A DNA stretch of 64,000 nt from Cyclobacteriaceae bacterium (GTDB lineage: Bacteria; Bacteroidota; Bacteroidia; Cytophagales; Cyclobacteriaceae): the NCBI GenBank assembly GCA_020436085.1, contig JAGQYM010000015.1:3190-67189 (forward strand), given 5' to 3'. This document shows, piece by piece, positions 41,922 through 52,340 of the stretch (the stretch's first letter is position 1; every line of letters begins with the position of its first letter). The notes beneath the pieces were generated by a model. That model was not told where the DNA came from. It saw only the letters and a list, made by a program, of their open reading frames with translations, and did not search any database. The translations under genes were made by a program, and so were the position numbers.

Positions 41922-42686
41922 TTACAATTCATAGAAAATATCAGATATCAACACAGCAATAAAATCAAGAATGAATACCAGCATAGAACTGATCACTACC
42001 GCTTCGTTGGCCGTTCTTCCCACACCTTCTGTTCCTTTGCTGGAAGTAAACCCTTTGTAGCATCCTACAATCGCAATTGCAAACCCGAAGAAGAAAGACT
42101 TGACAATCGAAGGAATCAAATCACCAAACGTCAGGAATTCGAACACTTTGTTGAAATACAATTGAAGTGTTACACCGCCCTTTGCATATTCAATAATAGC
42201 CGATCCGGCAAGCGATATGAGATCTGCAAAGACCGCCAACACGGGAAGCATAACGGTAGCTGCTGTTACCCGGGTAATCACCAGGAACTTGAAAGGGTTG
42301 GTTCCGGAGACTTCCATTGCATCAATCTGTTCCGTCACTTTCATGGAGGCCAATTCAGCGCTAATACCCGAACCGACTTTACCCGCACAGATCAGTGCTG
42401 TGATGACCGGTCCAATCTCTCTTACGATCGCGATGCCCACCATCGAAGGCATCCATGACTCTGCGCCAAACTCCACGAGGGTAGGGCGAGTTTGTAAGGT
42501 AAGCACGATGCCCATGATGAATCCGGTGGACCCAACGAGGCCGACTGACTTGTTACCAATAAGGAAACACTGACGCAAGAATTCCTGAAACTCGTAAGGG
42601 GGAAGAAGTGCTTCACGGAAATACCGAAGAGAAAACTCGCTTATTTCTCCCGTGACTGTAAAGAACCGTTTGATACCCTTGAACAT
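41922..42686 (-). CDS. mlaE: MlaE-type ABC permease
   Basis: VREIGPVITAL, AELASMKVTEQIDAMEV, GTEGVGRTA. Confidence 0.9.
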   Translation of the reverse strand: MFKGIKRFFTVTGEISEFSLRYFREALLPPYEFQEFLRQCFLIGNKSVGLVGSTGFIMGIVLTLQTRPTLVEFGAESWMPSMVGIAIVREIGPVITALICAGKVGSGISAELASMKVTEQIDAMEVSGTNPFKFLVITRVTAATVMLPVLAVFADLISLAGSAIIEYAKGGVTLQLYFNKVFEFLTFGDLIPSIVKSFFFGFAIAIVGCYKGFTSSKGTEGVGRTANEAVVISSMLVFILDFIAVLISDIFYEL

Positions 42687-42730
42687 AACTGTACAACGGG
42701 TAAAGTAAGAGAAAAGGCAATGGACACCGT

Positions 42731-42757
42731 ATGACCAGTGTCATCCCTGACTATGAC
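42731..42757. promoter_or_regulatory. Palindromic operator candidate upstream of mlaE
   Basis: ATGAC-cagt-GTCAT (42731-42744) with a further ATGAC half-site at 42753-42757. Confidence 0.4.
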
Positions 42758-42771
42758 AACCATGAGGTATT

Positions 42772-45700
42772 TTACATGTTTCTGCGGTACTGGCCGCCTA
42801 CCTCAAACAATGCCTTGGTGATTTGACCTAGAGAGCAAACTTTAGTGGCCTCCATCAAGGCGTCAAATATGTTTTTGTTTTGGATAGCGGCCTGTTGCAC
42901 TAGTTCCAATTGCTCCGATGCTTTGTCTTTTTGAAACTCGTGCAAGTTGCGGAGCATCTTGATTTGATATTCTTTTTCCTCGGTAGTTGCCCTTATCACT
43001 TCCTGTGGAATAATCGTAGGAGACCCCTTCGAACTGAGGAAAGTGTTGACACCGATGATCGGATACTCCCCAGTGTGCTTGAGTGTTTCATAATAAAGAC
43101 TCTCTTCCTGAATCTTACCACGCTGGTACATGGTCTCCATTGAGCCCAACACTCCGCCACGTTCAGTTATCCGATCGAACTCAGTAAGCACGGCCTCTTC
43201 CACCAGATCAGTTAGTTCCTCGATGATGAATGAACCCTGCATCGGGTTTTCATTTTTAGCAAGGCCAAGTTCTTTGTTGATGATGAGCTGTATGGCCATC
43301 GCTCTTCGCACTGATTCTTCCGTTGGTGTGGTGATGGCTTCGTCATAGGCATTGGTGTGTAGCGAGTTGCAATTGTCGTAGATCGCATACAATGCCTGCA
43401 GTGTGGTGCGAATGTCGTTGAAGTCAATCTCCTGTGCGTGCAGCGAGCGACCAGAAGTTTGAATGTGATACTTCAGCATCTGACTTCGGGCGTTTGCGCC
43501 ATACTTGTGCTTCATGGCTTTTGCCCACAGTCTTCTTGCCACACGACCAATGACTGCATACTCGGGATCAACTCCGTTGCTGAAGAAGAACGAGAGGTTT
43601 GGCGCGAAGGCATTGATGTCCATGCCCCGACTGAGATAGTATTCCACGTAAGTGAAACCGTTCGCCAGGGTGAATGCTAGTTGCGTGATGGGATTGGCAC
43701 CCGCCTCTGCAATATGATAACCAGAGATCGATACCGAGTAGAAGTTGCGTACATTCTTTTCTATGAAGTACTGCTGCACATCACCCATCAAGCGAAGTGC
43801 GAACTCGGTGGAGAAGATACAGGTGTTCTGTGCCTGATCTTCTTTCAGGATATCAGCCTGCACCGTTCCTCTCACTTGTGAAAGCGTCTCGGCTTTTATC
43901 TTTTCGTACACATCTTTAGGAAGTACCTGATCACCCGTTACGCCAAGCAGCATCAATCCCAATCCATCGTTGCCGTTAGGTAGTTCACCTTGATAGGCCG
44001 GACGCTTCCCGTTTTTATAGATCGAGTCAATTTTCTTCTGCACCTCTGCCTCAAGTCCGTTCTTCTTGATGTACACTTCGCACTGCTGGTCGATGGCGGC
44101 ATTCATAAAGTAGCCGAGCAACATAGGTGCCGGACCGTTGATAGTCATCGATACGGAGGTGCGAGGATCGGCAAGGTTGAAACCGCTGTACAATTTCTTC
44201 GCGTCATCGAGGCAGCAGATGGCAACACCAGAGTTTCCAATCTTGCCGTAGATGTCCGGGCGATAATCAGGATCACTGCCATACAAAGTCACTGAGTCAA
44301 AGGCAGTGGAGAGACGCTTGGCCGGAGTGGACAAGCTTACGTAGTGAAACCTTCTGTTCGTGCGCTCCGGTCCGCCTTCACCTGCAAACATTCGGGTTGG
44401 GTCTTCGCCCTCGCGCTTGAAAGGATAGATGCCTGAAGTGTAAGGAAACTCACCCGGTACATTTTCCAGCAGCGACCATTTCAGCAGATCCCCCCAGGCT
44501 TCATAGCGGGGAAGGGATACTTTGGGAACTTGTGTATGCGACAGCGACTCGGTGTGCGTTTTGATGGCGATCTCTTTGTCGCGCACTTTGAACTTAAAGA
44601 CTTCGTCTTTGTATTTCTTTACCTTGTCCGGCCAGTGTTCTATCAGTTGCTGATTGTGTTGGTCGAAGTTGAGGTTGAGTTTTTCATATTGCTCTTGCAG
44701 TCCTTTGATGAGTCGGTCCTTGTCTTCAAGGGAGGAGGCCTTTAGGGTCTCAATTGACTTTTGAAGCGCGTAAAGTTGCTGGGCGACTTCCGCCTGATCG
44801 GCTACCCACTTGTCGTAGTTGCGGTTGTTTTCAGAGATCTCGCTTAGGTACCGTGTGCGGTTGGGAGGGATGACGAAAATTTTCTCCGACATCTCCCGTG
44901 TGATTTCGAAATGAGATGGAAGGTCTGCGCCAGTTTTCTCCACGATGATGTCCACGAGATGTTTGTACAATTGGTTGGTGCCTGGATCATTGAATTGTGA
45001 GGCAATGGTACCAAACACTGGCATGTCATCCGGTTTCTTATCCCATAGGTTGTGGTTGCGCTGATATTGTTTCTTCACATCACGCAGTGCATCCAGTGCC
45101 CCGCGTTTGTCAAACTTGTTGAGGGCAATGACATCAGCAAAGTCGAGCATGTCTATTTTCTCCAGCTGTGTGGCTGCACCATACTCAGGCGTCATCACAT
45201 AGAGAGAGACATCACTGTGGTCAAGGATCTCTGTGTCACTTTGACCAATACCTGATGTTTCCAAAACGATCAAGTCGTAATTGGCTGCTTTAAGAATAGC
45301 CACCGCTTCTTTCACATAAGCAGACAAAGCAAGATTGGACTGCCGTGTGGCAAGAGAGCGCATGAACACACGAGGGTGATTGATGGCATTCATGCGGATG
45401 CGATCGCCCAGCAGCGCACCGCCCGTCTTCCGCTTGGAAGGATCGACAGAGATGATGCCAATGGTTTTGTCTTTGAAATCGAGAAGGAACCTGCGCACCA
45501 ATTCATCCACCATCGATGACTTACCCGCTCCACCTGTGCCGGTGATGCCGAGCACGGGAGCCTTCGACAACTTTGCCTTGTCATGTATTTTATTGAAAGT
45601 GTCTCCGTGCTGGTCGTAATAGTTTTCAGCGGCAGAGATGAGTCTGGCGATGGCCAGCGGATTCTTGCCTACTATTTCTTTTAGTTCGTTGTCAAGCTTT

Positions 45701-46203
45701 TCACCGAGCGCGTAGTCGCTTTGTTGTACCAGGTCGTTGATCATGCCTTGCAACCCCATCGCGCGTCCATCATCAGGTGAGTAGATGCGCGTGACGCCAT
45801 AGTCCATGAGTTCGCGTATTTCCTCTGGAAGGATAACGCCACCGCCACCACCAAAAATTTTAATATGACTCGCTCCTTTCTCTTTCAGCAGGTCGTACAT
45901 GTACTTGAAGTATTCGTTGTGACCGCCCTGGTAGCTGGTCATAGCGATGGCCTGGGCATCTTCCTGAATAGCGGTGTTTACTACTTCTTCCACACTGCGG
46001 TCGTGACCTAGATGGATCACTTCGCACCCTGTAGCCTGGATGATCCTGCGCATGATGTTGATGGCGGCATCGTGGCCATCGAAAAGGCTTGCAGCGGTGA
46101 CAATCCGAACTTTGTTTTTGGGGTTATAAGGTTCGGGGGCTTTGTGCCCGGCCAGGTTGGGCGCTTTGTCTTTCTTTTCTTTTGCTGCGATATCGGCCTT
46201 CAT
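42772..46203 (-). CDS. icmF: Fused isobutyryl-CoA mutase / MeaB-type GTPase (IcmF)
   Basis: Domain order is B12-binding (DGHDA), G-domain ([21 protein letters not shown]), then mutase barrel ([35 protein letters not shown]). 1143 aa. Confidence 0.93.
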   Translation of the reverse strand: MKADIAAKEKKDKAPNLAGHKAPEPYNPKNKVRIVTAASLFDGHDAAINIMRRIIQATGCEVIHLGHDRSVEEVVNTAIQEDAQAIAMTSYQGGHNEYFKYMYDLLKEKGASHIKIFGGGGGVILPEEIRELMDYGVTRIYSPDDGRAMGLQGMINDLVQQSDYALGEKLDNELKEIVGKNPLAIARLISAAENYYDQHGDTFNKIHDKAKLSKAPVLGITGTGGAGKSSMVDELVRRFLLDFKDKTIGIISVDPSKRKTGGALLGDRIRMNAINHPRVFMRSLATRQSNLALSAYVKEAVAILKAANYDLIVLETSGIGQSDTEILDHSDVSLYVMTPEYGAATQLEKIDMLDFADVIALNKFDKRGALDALRDVKKQYQRNHNLWDKKPDDMPVFGTIASQFNDPGTNQLYKHLVDIIVEKTGADLPSHFEITREMSEKIFVIPPNRTRYLSEISENNRNYDKWVADQAEVAQQLYALQKSIETLKASSLEDKDRLIKGLQEQYEKLNLNFDQHNQQLIEHWPDKVKKYKDEVFKFKVRDKEIAIKTHTESLSHTQVPKVSLPRYEAWGDLLKWSLLENVPGEFPYTSGIYPFKREGEDPTRMFAGEGGPERTNRRFHYVSLSTPAKRLSTAFDSVTLYGSDPDYRPDIYGKIGNSGVAICCLDDAKKLYSGFNLADPRTSVSMTINGPAPMLLGYFMNAAIDQQCEVYIKKNGLEAEVQKKIDSIYKNGKRPAYQGELPNGNDGLGLMLLGVTGDQVLPKDVYEKIKAETLSQVRGTVQADILKEDQAQNTCIFSTEFALRLMGDVQQYFIEKNVRNFYSVSISGYHIAEAGANPITQLAFTLANGFTYVEYYLSRGMDINAFAPNLSFFFSNGVDPEYAVIGRVARRLWAKAMKHKYGANARSQMLKYHIQTSGRSLHAQEIDFNDIRTTLQALYAIYDNCNSLHTNAYDEAITTPTEESVRRAMAIQLIINKELGLAKNENPMQGSFIIEELTDLVEEAVLTEFDRITERGGVLGSMETMYQRGKIQEESLYYETLKHTGEYPIIGVNTFLSSKGSPTIIPQEVIRATTEEKEYQIKMLRNLHEFQKDKASEQLELVQQAAIQNKNIFDALMEATKVCSLGQITKALFEVGGQYRRNM

Positions 46204-46223
46204 GAAAGTGAATTTTAGAAGGT

Positions 46224-46231
46224 CAAAAATA
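46224..46231 (-). promoter_or_regulatory. -7 promoter box upstream of icmF
   Basis: Minus strand reads TATTTTTG, 20 nt upstream of the ATG. Confidence 0.55.
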
Positions 46232-46339
46232 ACCAGATTGGCCCTATATCCCTAACAGGTGGTAGGTGCGTTGGTGGCGAGAGAGATTGTGGATATATTC
46301 AATGACATATTTGGAGCGCTCTGAAAGAACATATTACCG

Positions 46340-47047
46340 ATGGACAATCCTTTTTGGAAGGAACTTTCCAAGCAATTAAGACCATACCTTAGAAAGAGTT
46401 CAAGGGTAAAGCGAAATATGATTCGTACACTCTATGGGTTCAATGACAAATTTGAGCCACCAAAAAAACCTATCACGCCTCTCGAGGAGTATCTTGGGAC
46501 ACTGTTATTCAACTATGGGGAATTGGATGAATCACTCAAAAGATTCAAGATTATTTCTGTTCTTATCCAACAATATCCAAGATTGAAATCTTGGGATCGG
46601 GTTGGGTTAAATAAGACTGTCTACTTAAGATACCACTATGAGACTTTTTTAAATGAGACATACATTTACAGAGAGAGAATGTGCCTGTTCCTTAACGTCT
46701 TGAAAAAAAGATGCAGAAAAATTTCTTTATCAGATGAGGCGCACTATGTCGAAGACGTGTTACAGGGTTTTTTGAAATCACTCGAGGATGTCACAAATAT
46801 TCGCGGACGCCACGTACACGTTAGGCGCTATAGCAATAGCAAAATGGAGCAATTAATGGGGCTCGAGATGGTGTTGGAATTCTCTGAAGATCTTGAGAAA
46901 CTTCGCGACAAAGAATATCGAGATTTAAGAACTAAACTAGGCAATGAGGTAGAGAAATTCGGTGCCGACCTTGAAAACCTTCAGAACCTAACCTTGAGCA
47001 AGGTTTTAAAAGTTGCTTTGTCAGATTTGAAAGACAAATATAAATGA
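46340..47047 (+). CDS. Stand-alone HEPN-motif protein (Cthe_2314-like)
   Basis: All-alpha character, YLRYHYETFLNETYIYRERM and an RxxxxH motif (IRGRHVH). AT-rich gene. Confidence 0.62.
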   Translation: MDNPFWKELSKQLRPYLRKSSRVKRNMIRTLYGFNDKFEPPKKPITPLEEYLGTLLFNYGELDESLKRFKIISVLIQQYPRLKSWDRVGLNKTVYLRYHYETFLNETYIYRERMCLFLNVLKKRCRKISLSDEAHYVEDVLQGFLKSLEDVTNIRGRHVHVRRYSNSKMEQLMGLEMVLEFSEDLEKLRDKEYRDLRTKLGNEVEKFGADLENLQNLTLSKVLKVALSDLKDKYK

Positions 47048-47077
47048 AGTTAGTCTCGCTAGCCACGAAAGGCGCGT

Positions 47078-47994
47078 ATGCTATGTACAATTATGCTAAC
47101 TAAAATTAGTTGTCGAAAAAAAGTCAATTGCGTCTTAACTATACTAGCAATTCTGCAAGGTGTTGAATCGTTTGCACAAAAAACCACTCAATATTTGCAA
47201 AAGCCATTCCAAGTTCTTTATGCGGAGAATACACACGACAGAAATGGACAAAGCGTTAAGAGTCTAGAGATGGTTAGCATAGACGAGGTTCTAACAGTCA
47301 AAGATGGTGGGTCCTTGTCTTTGATACACTACACAGGATTTCCAATTGAAATCAGTAATGACACCACTTTAGTTGTTGAAGATTTGCAAACTGCCATAAT
47401 TCCGGTTGAACACAGGAAAAGTAGAAATGATCGTTTGATTACTTTGGTTGAACCAAGTATTGAGCATCTTTTTATCTCAAATGCCATTGAGGGGCGAAAG
47501 CATAAACTGCAGATAACTGGTTCTTGCAAGGACTGCAATTTTGATTTGGAAATCATATATCCTCCAAGGTTCACAGAACAAACACTAAATTATTCAGGAG
47601 ACCTGTGTATAAAATGGAGGGCAACAGATTCAAATAATTATTTGGTGCAAATGTTAAATAACTCAGTCAGGTCGTATCATTAACAGCCAATGAACTTAAA
47701 ATTAAAGACCCAATGACTAAAAAGGAGTTGGTTTTCATGATTATGGACACAGCAGCAAACCAAAATTCTGGAGCTTTTGTCTTTCAGGAATTTGCGGGAC
47801 GGGGATTGGAATATCCTTATACTTGTGAGATAAAAAAGGCATCCTTTGCATTAATGGCAGGACTTTACCTTGAGTTGTCCCCAAGAAACTATCTTGACGA
47901 GGCGGAGAAATATTATATTCTTGCCACAAACCTTTCGGATCGACAATTCTACAGGGACATGTTGGATAATTTCAGAAAGAGGACAGGTAGGTAA
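47078..47994 (+). pseudogene. Exported hypothetical protein split by a probable 1-nt frameshift (ORFs 47078-47683 and 47713-47994)
   Basis: The second frame is open from 47662 and overlaps the end of the first. Restoring one base near 47660 gives a continuous protein ending in a TPR-like helix pair. Confidence 0.55.
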
Positions 47995-48017
47995 ACTCTA
48001 ATTTAGCGTATATCCAT

Positions 48018-48869
48018 CTACCCCTTATTCAACCTCTTCAATGTCGGCTTCCACTCCACGCACATCACCTGTGATGGCGTAGCGCCTGTGGTGTGTTGAT
48101 TGAAAATCAAAAGTTTTTTGTCGGGGGAGAGGATGGCTCCGTCTTCATAGACTTCGGTGTTCACCGGGGTGCCTATGTTCTGCGGTGTTGTCCACTCTCC
48201 GTTTTTCAGAAATGAAATGTAGATGTCGTCTTTGCCTTTGGTATCTGGTCTCTTCATGCTGTTGAACAGGAGTATGTTTTCTCCGGGTATGAAAACAGAA
48301 GGCCATTGCCACGCGGAAGTTTCAGAGAGGTTGCTGACTAGTTCATCCTGCTCTCCATCCCAATCAAAAATCGCCCACTGCGCACCCTTGCCGCGGTCGC
48401 TTGAGAAAATCAAGTGTCCGTTTTCCATGGGCACTGGGCAGCACTCGCTCCCCTTGTCATTGATCTCTCGAAGAGGCTCAGCCTGGCTCCAGGTGTCACC
48501 ATCCCGGTGCGACACCCAAATGTTCCACTCGTCTCCCTCTTTTGCAGAACCTCCTGGGCGGTCGGACGTGAAATAGAAACTATTTCCATCAGGTGAGAGT
48601 CTTCCGCCCATGTCATTATATTCTCCGGAGAATGACAACAGTTGTGCTTTCGCCCATTTGTTTTTCACGCGCTCTGCTGAGTAGATGAAGAGCTTATCTT
48701 TGACTGTATCCTCACGCACGAAGTAGATTTTGGAACCATCCTTTGAAAAGCTACATACAGCGCCTGAGGCTTCTTTTGGGAAAAGTTCGGGTGCGTAGTA
48801 GGTGACTTTAGACTGGGCCTGCGATGTAATGGCCGTCACGAAGAGAATAGCAATGAGTAGTAGGCGCAT
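48018..48869 (-). CDS. Secreted PD40/TolB-like beta-propeller protein
   Basis: FSKDGSKIYF, RLSPDGNSFYFTSDRPGG, IFSSDR, GKDDIYIS, QNIGTPVNT, LSPDKKLLIF. Confidence 0.85.
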   Translation of the reverse strand: MRLLLIAILFVTAITSQAQSKVTYYAPELFPKEASGAVCSFSKDGSKIYFVREDTVKDKLFIYSAERVKNKWAKAQLLSFSGEYNDMGGRLSPDGNSFYFTSDRPGGSAKEGDEWNIWVSHRDGDTWSQAEPLREINDKGSECCPVPMENGHLIFSSDRGKGAQWAIFDWDGEQDELVSNLSETSAWQWPSVFIPGENILLFNSMKRPDTKGKDDIYISFLKNGEWTTPQNIGTPVNTEVYEDGAILSPDKKLLIFNQHTTGATPSQVMCVEWKPTLKRLNKG

Positions 48870-48933
48870 ATCGGAGTTTTCTCCGATGTACGGACATTAA
48901 CCTAAAATAGTTGGGAATATGTGACGAGCGAAC

Positions 48934-50625
48934 TTACTGAGTCCGGTCAAAAACCACCTTACCCCCAACAATAGTATAGTCGACCTGCGTCTGCAGCCAG
49001 TCTGCCGGGGGCACCTCGAAGATATTTTTTTCCAACACGGCAAAGTCTGCAAGCTTTCCTATTTCGATCGTGCCCTTGTCGTCCTCTTCAAAAGCTCCGT
49101 AGCTGCCACCCCAGGTGTAGGCTTTTAGCGATTCTTCGAGCGACAATTTTTGATCGGGAAACCAACCTTCCGCAGGTTCGCCATGCACGGTTTGTCGTGT
49201 GACGGCCGCATAGAGACCGTACAGCGGATTCACCGGATAGTATGATGCATTGGTGCCTGGCCAGTCTGATCCGAAAGACAAAGTGGCGCCATTGTCTTGT
49301 AAAGTTTTAAAGGCATAAGCACCCTTGCATCGTTCGTAGCCAATGCGCTCTTCCATCCAGCGCATGTCGTCCGTTACGTGAAAGGGTTGCACCTCTGCAA
49401 TGATCTTGTGCTTTTGCAAGCGGGGAAAATCCTGGTCGGCAATCACCTGTGCATGCACCAGCCTGAAGCGTCTTGGTTTTTCACCGTTCACCTGGTTGAG
49501 CGTGTCGAGTATATCGATAAGGATGGCGTTGGCCTCATCACCGATGGAGTGCACGCGCAGCTGGATGTTGGCTTCATCGGCTTTTAGCAACATGGCTTTA
49601 AAGGAAGGCATGTCTTTGGAGAACTCACGCCATCCACCGCGCCAGAATCTGTTCTCCACATCGTTGTCGCTGTAGGGTTCGTAGAAGCGTGCGCTGCGTG
49701 CACCCATGATGCCATCGATGTGCGATTTGATAGTGCCGAAGCTGATCCAGTCATCGCCTACGGGGTGCGGATGTTCGGGGTCGCTCCAGTCGATAGCCCA
49801 GCCTTTGTCGATCATCTCTTTGTATTCAATCAATCGTGACGGACTGAAGTTGATGCGGCAGGTAAGTTGTCCCATCTCACGCAGCTTGTTGTACACATCC
49901 AGTTGGTTGGGTGGCGACATATCTTGCACGGTGGTGACGCCCCACCTGCGACATTCTTCCAGCGCTCTTCGCGACTCGGCCATCAGTTGATCAAATGATT
50001 TTTCGGGAATTCGCTCAAGCGCGTCATCCAACAGATTGCCTTCCAGTATTCCTGACTCGGAATCAATACCGAGGTAATCCAACGCAGGTCCGTTGGCTAG
50101 GCCCATCTTGCGATCGTAGCGTGTCACCAGCACGGGATGCTGCGCGGTGATGCTGTCGATCATCTTGCGGTGAGGTGTGAATTGTGCTTTGCTTTTTCCA
50201 CCGGCTGAGCCCATCGACCATGCTTCGTATGCACCCCAGTCACCACGAGTGATCCAACTGCCTGCCGGCAATCGCAGCGTAGTTTGTTTTACATTCTCAA
50301 TAAACCGTTCGGTGGAGTTGACATCGAGCAGGTTGATATTTAATAACAGATGTCCTGCGGAAGCAAAATGCACGTGCGAATCATTGAAGCCGGGAAGTGT
50401 AAGTCGTCCTTTCAGATCAATGGTGTTTGTTGCTTCGCCTTTGAAAGGTTGTGCCGTGCCTATGCTGTGAATTCTTCCGTCTTTCACGGCTACCCATTCG
50501 GCCCACGGTTGTTCGGGATTGCCTGTCCAGATTTTCCCATTGGAAAGAAGGAGATCAACCTTTTCGGGAGGAGAACATTGCATACATGCAAGGGCGACAA
50601 AAAGCACTAAGGCGATTCTCTTCAT
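48934..50625 (-). CDS. Lipoprotein amidohydrolase (Amidohydro_3 / YtcJ-like)
   Basis: Signal peptide with Cys. PGFNDSHVH, DGIMGARSA, RVHSIGD, LVHAQ, FGSDWP, GTIEIGKLADFAVL. Confidence 0.9.
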   Translation of the reverse strand: MKRIALVLFVALACMQCSPPEKVDLLLSNGKIWTGNPEQPWAEWVAVKDGRIHSIGTAQPFKGEATNTIDLKGRLTLPGFNDSHVHFASAGHLLLNINLLDVNSTERFIENVKQTTLRLPAGSWITRGDWGAYEAWSMGSAGGKSKAQFTPHRKMIDSITAQHPVLVTRYDRKMGLANGPALDYLGIDSESGILEGNLLDDALERIPEKSFDQLMAESRRALEECRRWGVTTVQDMSPPNQLDVYNKLREMGQLTCRINFSPSRLIEYKEMIDKGWAIDWSDPEHPHPVGDDWISFGTIKSHIDGIMGARSARFYEPYSDNDVENRFWRGGWREFSKDMPSFKAMLLKADEANIQLRVHSIGDEANAILIDILDTLNQVNGEKPRRFRLVHAQVIADQDFPRLQKHKIIAEVQPFHVTDDMRWMEERIGYERCKGAYAFKTLQDNGATLSFGSDWPGTNASYYPVNPLYGLYAAVTRQTVHGEPAEGWFPDQKLSLEESLKAYTWGGSYGAFEEDDKGTIEIGKLADFAVLEKNIFEVPPADWLQTQVDYTIVGGKVVFDRTQ

Positions 50626-50645
50626 GGCTTCTGTAGTTGATGGTG

Positions 50646-52292
50646 TTATTTCGGCAGGATGATGTTGTGCGTCTTAATGTAGGCTTTCCATTCTTTCACG
50701 AGCTCGTCAAACTTTTCTTTTTCACCTTCTGCCAGATCGTTCGTTTCGCCCGGATCGGTCACTACATTAAACAGCATGAGTTTGGGTTCTTCCACTTCTC
50801 CTATCTGCACCAGTTTCCAATCACCTTTTCTATAAAAGAGATGTCCCCGGTGAATTAACCCGTGACCGTAATTCTCATCATGGATCGTTGCGCTGCTTCC
50901 CTGGAGGTAAGGAAGTATGGAGTTACCCAACAGTGGTCTTGTTTTCTTAGTAGCTGACTGACCTGGATACTCAACATCAGCTAACTCGTAAAAGGTAGGT
51001 GCTAGATCAAGCACGGTGAAATATTCATGTATAATTTCGCCTGTTTCTGGTATGCCTTTTCCGCTAAGGATCAAAGGCGCACTGATTCCACCTTCTGTGG
51101 CAAAACCCTTGAACCTGTCAAATGGAGCAGTTCCTGTTTGCGCCCACTGTGGGCCATAAGAAACAAATGAACTGGCGCGACCCATACTATCCAATACATT
51201 GGTGTACCTCGACTGAATATAATCGCGTGACCATTCTTCATTGTAGAAATCCTCATCGGCTGCACCGTTGTCCGCCATAAAAACAATCAGGGTATTCTCA
51301 TACAGACCTTCTTCTTTCAAAAATTGCAACAACTGTCCAACGTGATAATCAAGATTGTCAATCATAGCGGCATAGAGTTCCATCTTGCGCGCTTCGAGTC
51401 GCTTGTCTTCATTCGATAAGCTATCCCACGGGGTGATCTGATCTAGGCGCGGACGCAAGGGAAGATCTTGCGAAATGATGCCCGCTTCTTTCAAGGAATT
51501 GAATCGCAAGGTTCTTAATGAATCATATCCCATATCATAGTCGCCCGCATAGCGGTCGAGATAATCATCGGGTACCTGCAATGGCCAGTGTGGCGAGGTG
51601 TAGGCAGCGAAGGCAAAGAACGGTTGATCGGGTGCGTTGTCTTTTCCTTCTTTTATAAACTGCATGAGCTTGCGCGTGTACACATCTGTGGAGTACACGC
51701 CCTGTGGATATTCTGTAGGTTGTCCGTCTTCACGATAAGTTGATAGTGTATCGTCAGCTTCTATGCCGATGTTGTTGAAATGATTGGCAGCGCCTTGCAG
51801 CAGTGCGTATGATCGATCAAAGCCTTTTGCTTTCGGACCGTTTTCTATTTCCTTGCCAAGGTGCCACTTGCCTGCCATGTAGGTTTGGTATCCTGACTCC
51901 TTTAATAATGCAGGCACTGGTATGATGCGATCGGATAGGTGGCCTTCGTATCCTTGTTTGCCGTACATGGGAGAGGTTGGCCTTACGCCACTTTGATTTC
52001 CCATGCCGGCCACGTGATTGTTGTTGCCTGTGAGCAACATTGCGCGTGTAGGTGCACACATGGGCGCGGTGTGAAAACGACTGAACCGCAGACCATGGGC
52101 GGCAAGCCGGTCGATATTGGGTGTGCGAATGTCGCTGCCGAAGCAACCCAGATCTGAATAGCCGAGGTCATCGGCTACGATCAGCAATATATTGGGTCGT
52201 GTTTCTGCTTTCTTCTTTTCCTCACAGGAAAAAATACCGAGTAAGATCAAGCCAAGACCCGAAAACAGTACCGTTCGCATAGATAAAGTCAT
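50646..52292 (-). CDS. Arylsulfatase (Cys-type, AtsA-like), lipoprotein
   Basis: PNILLIVADDLGYSDLG, formylglycine motif CAPTRAMLLTG, GKWHLG, AYTSPHWPLQ, DNGA. Confidence 0.93.
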   Translation of the reverse strand: MTLSMRTVLFSGLGLILLGIFSCEEKKKAETRPNILLIVADDLGYSDLGCFGSDIRTPNIDRLAAHGLRFSRFHTAPMCAPTRAMLLTGNNNHVAGMGNQSGVRPTSPMYGKQGYEGHLSDRIIPVPALLKESGYQTYMAGKWHLGKEIENGPKAKGFDRSYALLQGAANHFNNIGIEADDTLSTYREDGQPTEYPQGVYSTDVYTRKLMQFIKEGKDNAPDQPFFAFAAYTSPHWPLQVPDDYLDRYAGDYDMGYDSLRTLRFNSLKEAGIISQDLPLRPRLDQITPWDSLSNEDKRLEARKMELYAAMIDNLDYHVGQLLQFLKEEGLYENTLIVFMADNGAADEDFYNEEWSRDYIQSRYTNVLDSMGRASSFVSYGPQWAQTGTAPFDRFKGFATEGGISAPLILSGKGIPETGEIIHEYFTVLDLAPTFYELADVEYPGQSATKKTRPLLGNSILPYLQGSSATIHDENYGHGLIHRGHLFYRKGDWKLVQIGEVEEPKLMLFNVVTDPGETNDLAEGEKEKFDELVKEWKAYIKTHNIILPK

Positions 52293-52340
52293 GAAGCAAA
52301 GGTTTTAATTTAGTACTTTACCACTACAAACACTACCGAT

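Noticed and set aside
46250-47075. Integron attC-like sites around the HEPN gene (CCCTAAC...GTTGGTG upstream, GTTAGTC downstream)
   Set aside because: The upstream arms are only 13 nt apart, there is no paired R''/R' downstream of the stop, and there is no integrase.
48870-48887. ATCGGAG-tttt-CTCCGAT hairpin as a terminator
   Set aside because: It abuts the PD40 start codon and has no U-tract in the transcribed direction. Role unclear.
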